Shown here in pieces: positions 47,458 to 58,812 of a DNA stretch of 64,000 bases; positions within the stretch are counted from its first letter, which is position 1, and each line of letters opens with the position of its first letter. The position numbers were made by a program, and so were the translations under genes. Origin of the DNA: Nitrospirota bacterium (lineage in GTDB: Bacteria; Nitrospirota; JACRHJ01); assembly GCA_963845245.1 (NCBI GenBank), contig CAWJRJ010000022.1:1-64000 (forward strand), written 5' to 3'. Below the pieces are notes generated by a model. That model was given only the letters and a program-made list of their open reading frames with translations. It ran no database searches and was not told the DNA's origin.

Positions 47458-48048
47458 TTACTCTGAGGCTTCATCAGGTTTTTCAGGATTTTTATTAAAC
47501 CTGTTCATGGCCCTGTCGGGGCCTTCCTTCAAAACCGCCATTATGGCCTCGACCGCCCGGCCAACAACCTCCCTTGCTGTGGGGAGTTCATCCTCTGAAA
47601 AGCAGGACAGCACATGGTCCGCCGGGTCTACACCGGCCGGCGGGCGCCCCACTCCAAGCTTGACCCTTATGAAGCGGTCGGTGCCGAGAGAGGCCATTAT
47701 CGAGGCCACACCGTTCTGGCCCCCCGCCCCGCCTGCCTTCCTTATCCTTATGGAGCCCAAAGGCAGGTCGATGTCGTCATGGACGACTATAAGGTCCTCC
47801 GGCCCGGCCTTCATCTCGGAAAGTATAGGGGCTACAGCGTTGCCGCTCAGGTTCATATAGGTGTACGGCTTTACCAGCAGTGCTTCGACCCCGGCCAGCC
47901 GCGCCTTGCCAACCAGCGCCTTGTGGGCGCGGGCTGAAACGTCCGCCCTGAACTTGTCTGCAAGGGCGTCTATTGCCGCAAACCCCATGTTGTGCCTGTT
48001 GCCTGCATATTCGGGCCCGGGGTTGCCCAGCCCCACTATGACCTTCAA
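47458..48048 (-). CDS. pth: Peptidyl-tRNA hydrolase
   Basis: IVGLGNPG..Y..RHNMGF, KPYTYMNLSG, VHDDID. Confidence 0.96.
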   Translation of the reverse strand: MKVIVGLGNPGPEYAGNRHNMGFAAIDALADKFRADVSARAHKALVGKARLAGVEALLVKPYTYMNLSGNAVAPILSEMKAGPEDLIVVHDDIDLPLGSIRIRKAGGAGGQNGVASIMASLGTDRFIRVKLGVGRPPAGVDPADHVLSCFSEDELPTAREVVGRAVEAIMAVLKEGPDRAMNRFNKNPEKPDEASE

Positions 48049-48054
48049 GGCCCT

Positions 48055-48699
48055 TTATTCTTCCTTCTTCGCCTTTGTCAGGACTTCAGGTTCCTTGACC
48101 TCACCCTTCTCACCACCGGCAAGCATCTCATCGAGCTTCGCATCGGATATCGGGGCTACAAGGGTGACAATGACAGTCTCTGCTTCCGTACGGGCCTTAA
48201 CGCCATCCGGGAACTTCAGGTCGCCGACGTGAATTGAGCTGCCTATGGCCATAGCCGAGGCATCGACGTCGATATGCTCGGGTATGCTTGCAGGCAGGCA
48301 CTCTACCTCAATTTCCCTCGCCATGTGCTGAAGGATCCCGCCCTCTTTCACGCCTTCGGGGGTGTTTCCTACCATCATCACCGGAATGGTAACATGTATC
48401 ACCTTCTCCATGGAGACCTCAAGAAGGTCGGCATGCATCAGCTCGGTGCTGATCGGGTCTACCTGGTAGTCCCTCAGGACGGCCATCCGCTGTTGGCCCG
48501 CGAAGTTGACCGTGATCAAGGTGTTGCCGCCGACTCCGGCATTTATTATCTTCACAAGCTCCTTGCGATTTATAGTAAGGGCTGTCGGTGCGCCAAGCCC
48601 GTACATCACGGCGGGGATATTGCCTCCCCTCCTGAGGCTTCTGGCTACGCCTTTACCTTTGTTCTCCCTTAACTCTACGTTCAATGCTACTTTTTTCAT
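48055..48699 (-). CDS. rplY: 50S ribosomal protein L25/CTC
   Basis: GKGVARSLRR..IPAVMYG, YQVDPI, GVKEGG, IPEHIDVD. Confidence 0.95.
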   Translation of the reverse strand: MKKVALNVELRENKGKGVARSLRRGGNIPAVMYGLGAPTALTINRKELVKIINAGVGGNTLITVNFAGQQRMAVLRDYQVDPISTELMHADLLEVSMEKVIHVTIPVMMVGNTPEGVKEGGILQHMAREIEVECLPASIPEHIDVDASAMAIGSSIHVGDLKFPDGVKARTEAETVIVTLVAPISDAKLDEMLAGGEKGEVKEPEVLTKAKKEE

Positions 48700-48736
48700 G
48701 ACCTTTATCCTCCTGCGTTTATTTTCCCGCTTTACT

Positions 48737-49678
48737 CTACATGAAAAGCGAACTGACCGATGCCTCTTCGTGGATCCTCTTTATGGCCTCGCCCAAAAGC
48801 GGCGCGACCGTAAGGACGACAAGCTTGGGGCATTCCTTCTGCTTGTTGTCCATTGCTATGGTGTTCGTTACGACAACTTCGTCGAGCTCGGACTCGTTTA
48901 TCCTCTTTATTGCCGGCCCGGAGAGCACGGCATGGGAGCAGGCCGCCATCACCCTTTTGGCCCCGTTGGCCTTGAGGGCTTGCACGGCCTGAGTTATAGT
49001 GCCGGCGGTGTCTATCATGTCGTCAAGAAGCAGCGCGTCACGCCCTTCCACGTCGCCTATTATGTTCATCACCTCGGCGACATTTGGCGCGCTCCGCCTC
49101 TTGTCTATTATGGCGATGCTTGCGCCAAGCCTCTTGCCGAAGGCCCTGGCCCGTTCCACGCCTCCCGCGTCCGGCGAGATGATGACAGGGTTCTCAAGCT
49201 GTTTTGTCTTCAGGTAGTCGAAAATGACCGGGGTCGCGAACAGGTTGTCCACCGGGACGTCGAAGAAACCCTGTATCTGGCCGGCATGCAGGTCGATGGT
49301 CAACACCCTGTCCGCGCCTGCCGTCGTTATAAGGTCCGCTACCAGCCTTGAAGTGATGGGAACCCTCGGCTGGGCCTTCCTGTCCTGCCTGGCGTATCCG
49401 TAATAAGGCATGACCGCGGTGATGCGCCTCGCCGACGCCCTCCTGAAGGCGTCTATCATTATAAGGAGCTCCATCAGGTGGTTGTTGACGGGGCTCGAAG
49501 TAGGCTGTACCACGAACACGTCCGCGCCTCTGACGTTCTCGTTTATCTTGACGTTTATCTCGCCGTCGCTGAACGTCGCTACATAAGCATCGCCCAAGGG
49601 GCATTTAAGGTAGGCCGCTATCTCCCTGGCCAGCTCTATATTTGCGTTACCCGTGAAAAGCTTCATTACGTCCGGCAT
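48737..49678 (-). CDS. prs: Ribose-phosphate pyrophosphokinase
   Basis: FSDGEI, PYYGYARQDRK, DLHAGQIQGFF, SPDAGGVERA, DDMIDTAGT. Confidence 0.98.
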   Translation of the reverse strand: MPDVMKLFTGNANIELAREIAAYLKCPLGDAYVATFSDGEINVKINENVRGADVFVVQPTSSPVNNHLMELLIMIDAFRRASARRITAVMPYYGYARQDRKAQPRVPITSRLVADLITTAGADRVLTIDLHAGQIQGFFDVPVDNLFATPVIFDYLKTKQLENPVIISPDAGGVERARAFGKRLGASIAIIDKRRSAPNVAEVMNIIGDVEGRDALLLDDMIDTAGTITQAVQALKANGAKRVMAACSHAVLSGPAIKRINESELDEVVVTNTIAMDNKQKECPKLVVLTVAPLLGEAIKRIHEEASVSSLFM

Positions 49679-49738
49679 CTGTTTGTCTCTTTCTCGGCTT
49701 CTTTCAGCTAGTAGTCGCGCAGCTTTAATAAAAAATCC

Positions 49739-49813
49739 TGGCTGGGGCGCCAGGATTCGAACCTGGGAATGGGAGATTCAAAGTCTCCTGACTTACCGCT
49801 TGTCGACGCCCCA
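49739..49813 (-). tRNA. tRNA-Gln(TTG)
   Basis: TGGGGCG...GGAGACT-TTG-AATCTCC...GGTTCGAATCC...CGCCCCAGCCA; canonical ispE-tRNA-Gln-prs position. Confidence 0.96.
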
Positions 49814-49815
49814 AC

Positions 49816-50715
49816 TCAAACGGGTAAACCTTTGATTACTTCCAAATCCGGCCATGAGGATATCGTCCTTGTGGCTATTACAGTCCACCCCGGCCTTTTG
49901 AGCCTTTCTGCGGCCGCAAGAGCCGTTGCCGCGTCCCCGAAAACCCCGAAGACGGTCGGACCGCTCCCGGACATGAGAGCGCCAAGCGCACCCGCACCCA
50001 GCAGGCTGTCCTTCATCAGGCCTATCTCATGGTATCTCGCGGCGGTCACCCGCTCCAGGTCGTTATGGAGCAACGAAACCAGAAAACCGGCGTCAGGTAT
50101 CCGGCCCTCAAACGGTGGAAGTGTAGTATTATTATGGTTGTTTGTCAACTCAATTTTTAAATTCTCAAATACCCACTTGGTGGACACCGCAAACCCGGGG
50201 TTCAAAAGTACAAGCCAGACGCCGTCCGGAGAAGGCAGCTCCGTCAGCCTTTCTCCTACCCCTTCAGCCCGTGCGCAGGGCCAGGAAAGAAAGAACGGGA
50301 CGTCGGCGCCCAGAGAGAGGGCCATCTCCATAAGCCGTTTGCGGGGAAGCGCGCCGTAGAGGGCCTCCATTCCCCTCAGGGCAGCGGCCGCATCGCTTGA
50401 GCCGCCCCCCAGCCCGGCCGCCATAGGCACCCTTTTATCGAGGCGGATGCTTACCCCGCCGTCCACACCGGTCTCCTTTATATATGATTCAGCCGCCCTG
50501 TATATAATATTGTTGCGACCCTGAGGCACGTCCGCCATGCCGCATGAAAGGGATATGCCGCTGTCGCGCCTTTCAAGGACAAGCTCGTCCGCAACCTCAA
50601 GCGCCTGCATGACGCTTACCAGGTCATGGTATCCGTCAGGCCTTTTTCCGACCACCCTGAGGTGAAAATTGACCTTTGCGGGCGCCAGAATCCTTAATGT
50701 TTCATTCTTTTTCAT
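49816..50715 (-). CDS. ispE: 4-diphosphocytidyl-2-C-methyl-D-erythritol kinase
   Basis: APAKVN, DGYHDL, PMAAGLGGGSSDAA, GADVPFF, MSGSGPTVF. Confidence 0.96.
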   Translation of the reverse strand: MKKNETLRILAPAKVNFHLRVVGKRPDGYHDLVSVMQALEVADELVLERRDSGISLSCGMADVPQGRNNIIYRAAESYIKETGVDGGVSIRLDKRVPMAAGLGGGSSDAAAALRGMEALYGALPRKRLMEMALSLGADVPFFLSWPCARAEGVGERLTELPSPDGVWLVLLNPGFAVSTKWVFENLKIELTNNHNNTTLPPFEGRIPDAGFLVSLLHNDLERVTAARYHEIGLMKDSLLGAGALGALMSGSGPTVFGVFGDAATALAAAERLKRPGWTVIATRTISSWPDLEVIKGLPV

Positions 50716-50950
50716 GAGAAGCGAGATTTTATATTTTTATATCCTGAATGTCAAGTGGTACGCGGAAATACTCAGTTTGTCATCATATTTTATGCGCACT
50801 AACGCGCATAAAATATCGTCTCTGCATGGTTCTCATAAGTTTATCCACATTAAACTAATGAGATAGCGTGATAATCTGCACCATGGACCTTTAAATGCAT
50901 TGTGGCCCGGTTCTTGCTTTACATAATCACAATGGTCATTTAATACAGAC

Positions 50951-52518
50951 TTGGATTTCAAAATCATGAATGACGAAAAAGAGAGCATCCGATCAAGCAA
51001 TACGGTGCAAATAAACAACCTGATGGACTGGCAGGGCCAGTTTGAGGCGGTTTTCGCCAGCCTGCCGGTAGGCATCTCATATCTCACCCCCGATATGCGT
51101 TACATACGCATAAACCCGTTCCTTGAAGAAAAGATAGGGAAGAAGTCCGACGAGATTGCCGGCAGGTTCTGCTATGAAACCAACGGGATGTATAAGGATG
51201 ACCCGACAAGGTCCGGAAGGGAAAAGATCTGCGACCCATGCGGCATAGTCAAGGCCCTTGAGACCGGTGAGCCATTCAAGTTCACCAGGAAGAACAACGA
51301 AAACTTTATAGTTGAAAACATGGGCGTCCCCATCAAGGATGCCAACGGCAACATCCTGGGCCTTGTCGAGATAATAGTCGACATAACCGAACGGGTCAGG
51401 ATGGAGGAGCGGCTGCAGCAGCATGCATCCCAGCTTGAAACCGCAGTCGATGAGAAGACCCGTGAGCTTTACAAGTCTAGAAGTCTTCTGGATAATATCA
51501 TCCAGGGCACCACGGACGCAATATTCACACTGGATGGCGAGGGCAGGTTCTGCTACATGAATTCCGCCGTGGAAGATGTTTTCGGATACCCGAGGGAAGG
51601 GCTGTTCGAGAAACCGATCGCCGAACTCCTGCTGGCCGCCGACAAAGAAAAAGTCATGCAGACGCTTGGGCCGCTGGAAGGAAAGGAGGCCCCTCTCCAT
51701 AACCTTAAGTTGGTCAATTACGGCAGCAAACGGGACCGAAAAATACCTGCTCCTGAGCCTTACCCCCCTAACGGAAGGGGACGTCAACAACCGCTTTGTC
51801 GGCGTCTGCAAGGATATAACCAGGGAAAAGAAGCTGGAATACGAAAAAGAAGATTTCATTACGATGCTCACCCACGACCTCAAGACCCCTCTTACGTCGA
51901 TAATCGGCTACAGCTCGATTATCCTGGATGACGAATCCAGGACAATCAATGACACCGTCAAGTCCTCTGTGGAAGGCGTACTCGTAAACGCACAGAGGAT
52001 GCTTGGCCTGGTCAGGAATTTCCTGTCCGCAGGCAAGATAAAAGACAATATGCTGCGTCTAGAGGCCGTACCCACGCGGATAGAATCCCTGGTCCTGGAG
52101 TCTCTTAAAGGTATGGAGCCCATATTAAGGGACAAAAATATCGAGATCGAGGTCAACTTTACCAGCGACCTGCCTGATGTTAACATCGATAGAGAACACA
52201 TGGAGCGCGTTCTATGCAACCTCGTTTCAAACGCGGCGCGGTTTACGCCGGAAGGGGGCAGGATATCCGTGAGGGCCTCAAGATGCGGGAGACGGCTACA
52301 TATGTCTTGAGATATCCGATACAGGGGCAGGAATACCCGAAAGCGAGATCCCAATGCTTTTTGACAAATACTATCAGGGCCGTAATTCCTCCAAGGGCAC
52401 CGGTCTTGGCCTTTTCATAGCCAAGAACATAGTTGAAGCCCACCAGGGAGACATACAGGTCTCAAGCCTCACCGGCAAAGGTACCACTTTTACCATAAGG
52501 CTCCCGCAGGACGTTTAA
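50951..52518 (+). CDS. Double-PAS sensor histidine kinase (orphan); two apparent indels
   Basis: PAS domains (GISYLTPD..., DAIFTLDGEG), H-box HDLKTPLT, NLVSNAARFT, DTGAGI and GTGLGL in shifted frames. Confidence 0.88.
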
Positions 52519-52643
52519 CACAACACGGCCTATCCCCCCGATTGAGCAGCCGCCCCACTTGACAAAATTCCCGCGTGACATTATTTTTTAAATATTATCT
52601 GAAGGATTATTGACAGCCCTTTCTGGCATTGCGGGATAACTAG

Positions 52644-54017
52644 ATGCACAAGTCCGTTTATTTCCTTGAACCGAAATCACCCGGCCTGCACATTTTCTCG
52701 GCATACCATATCCCGAGGCTGGGCACCGTACTGCTTGCCACGATCCTCAAGGGGATGGGCTACAACACCAGGGTATTCATAGAGGACGCTGCAACGCCGG
52801 ACTGGAAGGCCTTCGAGGACGCGGATATAATCGGAATCTCCACTATTACCTCTACTGCGCCCCGTGCTTATTATTTTGCAGATAAATTCAGGGCGCTGGG
52901 CAAGACTGTTATAATGGGCGGCCCTCACCCCACCTTCATGCCTGATGAGGCCCTTGAGCATTCCGACTTCGTGGTGCGCGGCGAAGGCGAAGATACGCTC
53001 CCTGAGCTTATCCACGCGCTGGAAGGTAACGGAGCCTTGGAAGATATCAATGGACTTTCATATAGTAGGCAAGGCGGTAATGTGCACAACCCGGACCGCA
53101 GCCTGATAGCAGACCTGGGCAGGTACCCCGCTCTTGATTTTTCTCTCGTCCACGGCTGGACAGACAGGTCGATAGTACCCATAGCGACGTCGAGGGGGTG
53201 TCCCTTCGACTGCAGGTTCTGTTCCGTTATCTCCATGTTCGGAAGAAAATACCGCTTTCAGTCTATAGACAGGGTATTGGATGAGATCAAGTCGGCAGGA
53301 GAGAAACCGTTCGTTTTTTTCATAGACGACAACTTTACCGCAGACAAACACAGGACCAAGGAGCTTTTAAAACGTATCATAGACGAAGGCGTCAAGTTGA
53401 GCTGGGGAGCGCAGGTACGCACCGACGCGGCTGCCGACCCGGAGCTTTTGAGACTGATGAAGAAATCCGGCTGCACGAACGTCTATGTGGGCTTTGAGTC
53501 GATAAACCCCAGTACGCTCAAACTTTATAACAAGAAGCAGGGCCTTGAAGACGTAGTGGAGTCTATCAGGAAGTTCCGGGGGGCAGGGATACGGGTCCAC
53601 GGGATGTTTGTTTTCGGGTCGGACACCGACGGGCCCGATACCATGCGCGACACATCCAGGTTTGCCAGACGGATGGGCATCGAATCCGTGCAGTTCCTGA
53701 TACTGACACCCCTGCCCGGCACACAGGTCTACAGGGAGTTCAAGGAACAGGGGCGACTGCTCCACTCAGACTGGAGCAGATACGACACCATGCACACTGT
53801 ATTCATGCCTGCACTGATGACGCCATCAGAACTTCAAAGGGCTACCTTCAAGGCAATGGCAGGGTTTTATTCCTGGAGGACGATAATAAAGCATCTCGCA
53901 CGGTTTAATTTCTACTGTGGGATGTTGAGTTATTACGGGAAAAGGACAGTAAGAAAGGCATACGAGGAGGGTGAACGCTATCTGAAAGAGATCGAAAAAC
54001 CGCCGCACCCGGTATAG
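52644..54017 (+). CDS. B12-binding-domain radical SAM protein
   Basis: N-terminal cobalamin-binding-like domain (GGPHPT, RGEGE), TSRGCPFDCRFC, DDNF, GFES, TPLPGT. Confidence 0.92.
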   Translation: MHKSVYFLEPKSPGLHIFSAYHIPRLGTVLLATILKGMGYNTRVFIEDAATPDWKAFEDADIIGISTITSTAPRAYYFADKFRALGKTVIMGGPHPTFMPDEALEHSDFVVRGEGEDTLPELIHALEGNGALEDINGLSYSRQGGNVHNPDRSLIADLGRYPALDFSLVHGWTDRSIVPIATSRGCPFDCRFCSVISMFGRKYRFQSIDRVLDEIKSAGEKPFVFFIDDNFTADKHRTKELLKRIIDEGVKLSWGAQVRTDAAADPELLRLMKKSGCTNVYVGFESINPSTLKLYNKKQGLEDVVESIRKFRGAGIRVHGMFVFGSDTDGPDTMRDTSRFARRMGIESVQFLILTPLPGTQVYREFKEQGRLLHSDWSRYDTMHTVFMPALMTPSELQRATFKAMAGFYSWRTIIKHLARFNFYCGMLSYYGKRTVRKAYEEGERYLKEIEKPPHPV

Positions 54018-54020
54018 CTA

Positions 54021-55826
54021 TCAAGGCTGCGTCCCGGCATCGTCCTTATTTGGTGCCGTGTGGTGGTTTTCTTTCTGCCTCCCTGACCCTTTTGGCACTT
54101 CACCGAAACCGGAGTGGATGTACTTCTTCTTCAACTCCTCATTTTTAGGATCAAGCTCAAGCGACTTTCCCCATTGCGCCTTGGCGGCCTCGGGCATGTT
54201 ATTCTTCAAGTAGGCATCGCCCAGGTGTTCCCTTAAAACAGGGTCAGAGGCCTCGGCGTCCACAGCCTTCTGCAGCATCTCGACAGCCTTGTCGAGCTGC
54301 CCTCTTTTATAATACAACCAACCCAGGCTGTCCAGGTAATAGCCGTTGTCCGGCTTCAGTTTCAGCGCCTTTTCAATCAGAGACTGCGCCTCCTCAAGGT
54401 CTTTCCCCTGTTCTATGTAGCTGTAACCCAGGTAGTTGAGCGCCTCGGAGTTATCCGGGTTGAGTTCTATGGCCTTCTTCATGTTCTCGATCATAGCGGG
54501 ATAGTTCTTGAGCTTGTCGTAGGCCACTCCTATATTGAAATAGACCTGGTCTTTGTCCGGCGCAAGTTCCTTTGCCTTCTCAAAATACTTGAGGGCCTCC
54601 TCAGACTTGCCGGACTGGCTCAGGGTTGCGCCCACATAGAGGTATAGTTCGTACCGGCCCGGGTTCTCCTTTATGGCTTCCTGCAGGTAGTCGAGCGCCT
54701 TGTCAGTTCCGCCCGCCTTTTCCCTCAGGTATGCGATGTGGAGGACGGCGTCGATGTCGGTCGGGTCTTTCTTTAGGAGCGCTTTATACTGTTCCTCCGC
54801 CTTGTCGTACTGGCCGAGTTCCTCCCTTATTGCTGCCAGGTAATATTTTATCCGGGAGTCGTCCGGCCTTAGCGATGCAACCAGTTCAAACTGTTCAATT
54901 GCCTTGTCGTACTCTTTTTGTTCAAGGTATATGAGGCCCATGCTGGTCAAGGCGTCGGTGTTGTCCGGGTTGATCTTCAGGAGTTTCCCGAACTCATCGA
55001 GCGCATCGCCGTATGAGTGGTTATGGATGTATATCTGCGCAAGCCGTCCCCTGACCTCCTGGTTGTCGGGGTTCTTTTCAAGGATGGCGCGGTACTGCTT
55101 GGCCGCAGAGTCGAAATCGCCCATGATCTCGTAGATAACCGCCATGCTGGTGCGGGCTATCTCCAGGTCTGGCCTCTGCTCAGCCGCCTTCTTGAAAGCC
55201 TCTATTGCCTTGTCGTAATCCTTCATGTCGGCGTAAAGCCTGCCCAGGTAGAATGAAGCCATGCCGGTACCGGTTTTGAGGCCCTCAAGCTTTTTTAAAA
55301 CCTCGATGGCCTTGTCATATTTTTTCTGGCTTGCGTAAAGGCTGCTCAGGTAGACGTACGCATCCTCTTTGGTGGGGTCAAGCTCTATAGCGCGGGTATA
55401 TGCGGCGGCGGACTCGTCCAGCCGGCTCGAAGAAGCATAAATGGCGCCCAGGAACATATATGCGGGCTGGTAGTTGCTGTCCTTCTTGACGGCGTCCTCC
55501 GCATACAAGAGAGACTCGCCAAGCTTGCCCTGTTTCATCAGGGCCTTGGCCATCGCAACCTGGAGGTAGGCCGAGTCCTTGTCATAGGTGATAGCCGACG
55601 CATATTCGTTTACTGCGGTCTGGATATCGCCGTTCTTCTCGGCCAGATACCCGTTCATGAAATGCAGGTACGCCTGGTCCGCGTTCTGGGGGATAGCCGC
55701 CGGTTCTTTCTCTGCGACAAGCGGAGCCCGGTTGTTGATTTTCGTATCTCCGGCCGAGGCGCATGAGGTGACGAACGCCAGGGCAATCGCGAGAGATATT
55801 AGTCTGATGCTATTATTGAAATTCAT
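54021..55826 (-). CDS. TPR-repeat lipoprotein
   Basis: Lipobox VTSC, many TPR repeats, ALNYLGYS and YLDSLGWLYY motifs. Confidence 0.88.
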   Translation of the reverse strand: MNFNNSIRLISLAIALAFVTSCASAGDTKINNRAPLVAEKEPAAIPQNADQAYLHFMNGYLAEKNGDIQTAVNEYASAITYDKDSAYLQVAMAKALMKQGKLGESLLYAEDAVKKDSNYQPAYMFLGAIYASSSRLDESAAAYTRAIELDPTKEDAYVYLSSLYASQKKYDKAIEVLKKLEGLKTGTGMASFYLGRLYADMKDYDKAIEAFKKAAEQRPDLEIARTSMAVIYEIMGDFDSAAKQYRAILEKNPDNQEVRGRLAQIYIHNHSYGDALDEFGKLLKINPDNTDALTSMGLIYLEQKEYDKAIEQFELVASLRPDDSRIKYYLAAIREELGQYDKAEEQYKALLKKDPTDIDAVLHIAYLREKAGGTDKALDYLQEAIKENPGRYELYLYVGATLSQSGKSEEALKYFEKAKELAPDKDQVYFNIGVAYDKLKNYPAMIENMKKAIELNPDNSEALNYLGYSYIEQGKDLEEAQSLIEKALKLKPDNGYYLDSLGWLYYKRGQLDKAVEMLQKAVDAEASDPVLREHLGDAYLKNNMPEAAKAQWGKSLELDPKNEELKKKYIHSGFGEVPKGSGRQKENHHTAPNKDDAGTQP

Positions 55827-55830
55827 TTTC

Positions 55831-56007
55831 CTACTTCTTTTCCGTCTTGTCCTGCTCTTCGTCTTTACCGGCCGCAGACTTTTTAAAGTTGGTTATGGCT
55901 TTGCCAAGGCCTTCGCCGATCTGGGGGAGTTTGCCCGCCCCGAAGATGACGATCACAATCAGCAGTATAATGATCAGTTCGCCAAAACCGAGCCTTCCTC
56001 CAAACAT
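55831..56007 (-). CDS. tatA: Twin-arginine translocase TatA (58 aa, missed by the ORF track)
   Basis: Manual translation [44 protein letters not shown]... Confidence 0.92.
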   Translation of the reverse strand: MFGGRLGFGELIIILLIVIVIFGAGKLPQIGEGLGKAITNFKKSAAGKDEEQDKTEKK

Positions 56008-56029
56008 TAGATTCCTCCCGGGACATGCA

Positions 56030-56702
56030 TCATCCCTTTAAGAGCGTTTTAACGGGTCTGCCGATAATCGCCTCGGCCCTGGCCAGATCTTCCGGAGTGT
56101 TCAGGTTTATGAACGATTCAAAATCCGGGTCAAATAACCGGATATCTGACTCTTCGACTACCTTCACGTTCATACTGGGAAAAACATCCTGGATGCTGCT
56201 TATCCCATTTCCCATCGCATCTTCTATCTGCGGGAGCGCGCTCTTGCCGTAGTACCCGAAGAGAGGCTCAAGATATCCACCTTTCCTTGGGACCACCACG
56301 TCATACAGCCTCCTGCATTTTCCCATCCACCGCACCAGGGCGGGGCTTATAAAGGGCATATCGCAGGCCACAATAAACGCAGACCCGCCGGAAATGCCAT
56401 GCAGCCCGCTGAAGATGCCTTTAATAGGGCCTCTTATCCCAGGGAACCTGTCTGAATCCGGGATTACCTTGATGCCGAGGTCGATGGTAAGGTTCCGGGT
56501 CGTTCGATATTACCAGAATATCCTTAAAAACGGACCCCAGAGCCCTTAATTCGCGCTCTATGACGGTTTCATCCCCAACCCGGAGGAATGCCTTCGGAGC
56601 GGTCCTTAGGCTGGCCATGCGGCTGCTTTGGCCACCGGCCAGGATAACGGCAGTCACGTCGTCAAAATCACCGGCACCATAACGGGAAAAACATCTGCTC
56701 AT
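56030..56702 (-). CDS. mobA: Molybdenum cofactor guanylyltransferase; apparent indel near 56480
   Basis: [37 protein letters not shown]. Confidence 0.88.
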
Positions 56703-56751
56703 TCTTGATAAATTTACACAAAAAAAGCTAAAAAGTCAATAAAATACGGAA

Positions 56752-57576
56752 TTAGAGGAACCTGAGCGCAGGCGGGAACGGGGCCTCTCCGAGTCTTTCG
56801 GCAAGCTCAAGGAAGAGCATCAGACCCTTCTGGTGTTCGTGGCCGAGATGGTATGACATCGCCTTCCAATAGGCGGCCAGAGGCTCCACACCCATCCAGG
56901 CAGACTCAGGCGCCCGCAAGGCAAGGGCGTCATAGCCGCCCTCCGCATTGTCCCTTGCGGCAGGGAGGTCTTCCTTGAGCCTCCTGCAAAGCTCGGCCAG
57001 CCTCTCGGCCGAATCCTTCCTGACCATCCAGAGCGCATAGACAAAAGGCAACCTTGCGTATTCATGCCAGAGCCGGCCAAGGTCATATACATACAGGCCT
57101 TCTACTGGAGGATTTTTTCCTTCTTTCAGGGCCTCGTCGCCGATAAGGAGCGCCGCATCGTGCTTCTTGAGCATATAGGCCAGTTCTGGTTTGACAGCCG
57201 AAAAAACGGCTTCTACCCCATACTGAAATCTCAAGAGCGCCTTCAGCATGACGACCGACGTTGCCGACGCGGAGGTAACGGCTATGCTGGCCCCGCCCAG
57301 GTCTTCTATCGGGCATTTTGAAAAAAAGAGGATGCTGCCGACATTCCCGGAAGAGCTGATAGAGATACCGGGTATTATAAGATACTCGTTCCAGTTCCTC
57401 GCGTATTCGATGGAAGAGGAGGCGCTGACGTCTATCTCCCCAGTTACCAGTAACCTGTTCAACAGGGCGGGTTCACCCTCTATGAACTCGTAACCGGAGC
57501 AGTCGAAGCCCTCTTTCAGATTGGTATATATCGGGGTGCAGTTCGCGTACCTTATCTCGCCTATCTTGAGTTTCAT
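56752..57576 (-). CDS. mqnA: Chorismate dehydratase (futalosine menaquinone pathway)
   Basis: IGEIRYANCTP, SSIEY, SATSV, LLIGDEAL, YDLGRLW...LPFVYALW. Confidence 0.9.
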   Translation of the reverse strand: MKLKIGEIRYANCTPIYTNLKEGFDCSGYEFIEGEPALLNRLLVTGEIDVSASSSIEYARNWNEYLIIPGISISSSGNVGSILFFSKCPIEDLGGASIAVTSASATSVVMLKALLRFQYGVEAVFSAVKPELAYMLKKHDAALLIGDEALKEGKNPPVEGLYVYDLGRLWHEYARLPFVYALWMVRKDSAERLAELCRRLKEDLPAARDNAEGGYDALALRAPESAWMGVEPLAAYWKAMSYHLGHEHQKGLMLFLELAERLGEAPFPPALRFL

Positions 57577-57589
57577 CGATTCACTTCTG

Positions 57590-58811
57590 TTATTCGTACC
57601 GGAGGGCGGTTATCGGGTCCATGGCCGCGGCTTTTCTTGCGGGATAAAAACCGAAGAATATCCCGACCGCCGCCGAAAAGCAGAAAGCGAGGGCTACTGA
57701 GAATATCGTTATGTGGGTCTTGAACTGGGAAAACGCGTCGACAATCGCCGAGAGCCCGACGCCGAGCATGATGCCGAAGAAGCCGCCCAGAAGAGAGAGC
57801 ACCAGCGCCTCGATCAGGAACTGCATAAGGATGTCCCTGCCCTTTGCGCCCACGGCCATCCTTATGCCTATCTCACGGGTACGCTCGGTCACGGACACGA
57901 GCATTATGTTCATTATCCCAATGCCGCCGACAAGCAGCGATACCCCGGCCACGCTCCCGAGCAGCGCCGCCATGATCTTCGTCTGGGTCTCGGCCATCGC
58001 AAGCATCTCGGAGAGGTTGCGCACCGAGAAATCGTCGTCCTCGCCCTCCGGTATCTTGTGCCTCTGGTGCAGGAGCTGTGTAATCTGCTCGACGGCCTTG
58101 CCCAGCAGGTCGTTGCTTTTACCCTTGACCATAATTGCATTAAGCGCGGTCACACCGAACAGCCTCGTCATGGCGGTCGAGACGGGCACCATTATAATGT
58201 CGTCCTGTTCCTGGCCGTTCGGCGACTGGCCCTTCGTCTCAAGCACGCCCACCACGGTGAACGGCACGCTCTTTATCCTTATCACCTTGTTGAGCGGGTC
58301 CTCGTCCCCAAAAAGCTCTTCGACTACTCGTGTGCCTATGAGGCAGTTTTTCGTCCGGCCGTCCACGTCCTGCCGGGTAAGGAACCTGCCGCTGGTGACC
58401 GGCCATTCCCTGACCTGCTCATAATCGGCAGAGGTGCCAAGTATCTGCGTACTCCAGTTCCTGTCGGCATAGACGACCTGCGCGCCCCCCCTGACGATCG
58501 GGGCGGCCGACATCGACCGCCGAAGCCTCGTTCGCTATAGCCTGCACGTCTTCCGGGATAAGGGTGTTCGTGTTCCCCGACCCCATCCTTGCTCCGCCCG
58601 ACGTTGTGCTGCCGGGGATAACGAGTATCATGTTGGAGCCAAGCGACGCGATGGACTTTGCAAGGGACGCCTTCGCGCCCTCGCCGACCGCGAGCATTGT
58701 TATTACAGCTGCCACGCCTATAATTATGCCAAGCATCGTAAGGATGGAGCGCATCTTGTTGACCCGCAGGCCACGGAGCGCGATCCTCAACGTAGGCAGG
58801 ATATACAGCAT
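57590..58811 (-). CDS. MacB-type ABC transporter permease; apparent indel near 58510
   Basis: RSILTMLGIIIGVAAVI, GGIGIMNIMLVSVTERTREIGIR, FGFYPARKAA. Confidence 0.92.
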
Positions 58812-58812
58812 C

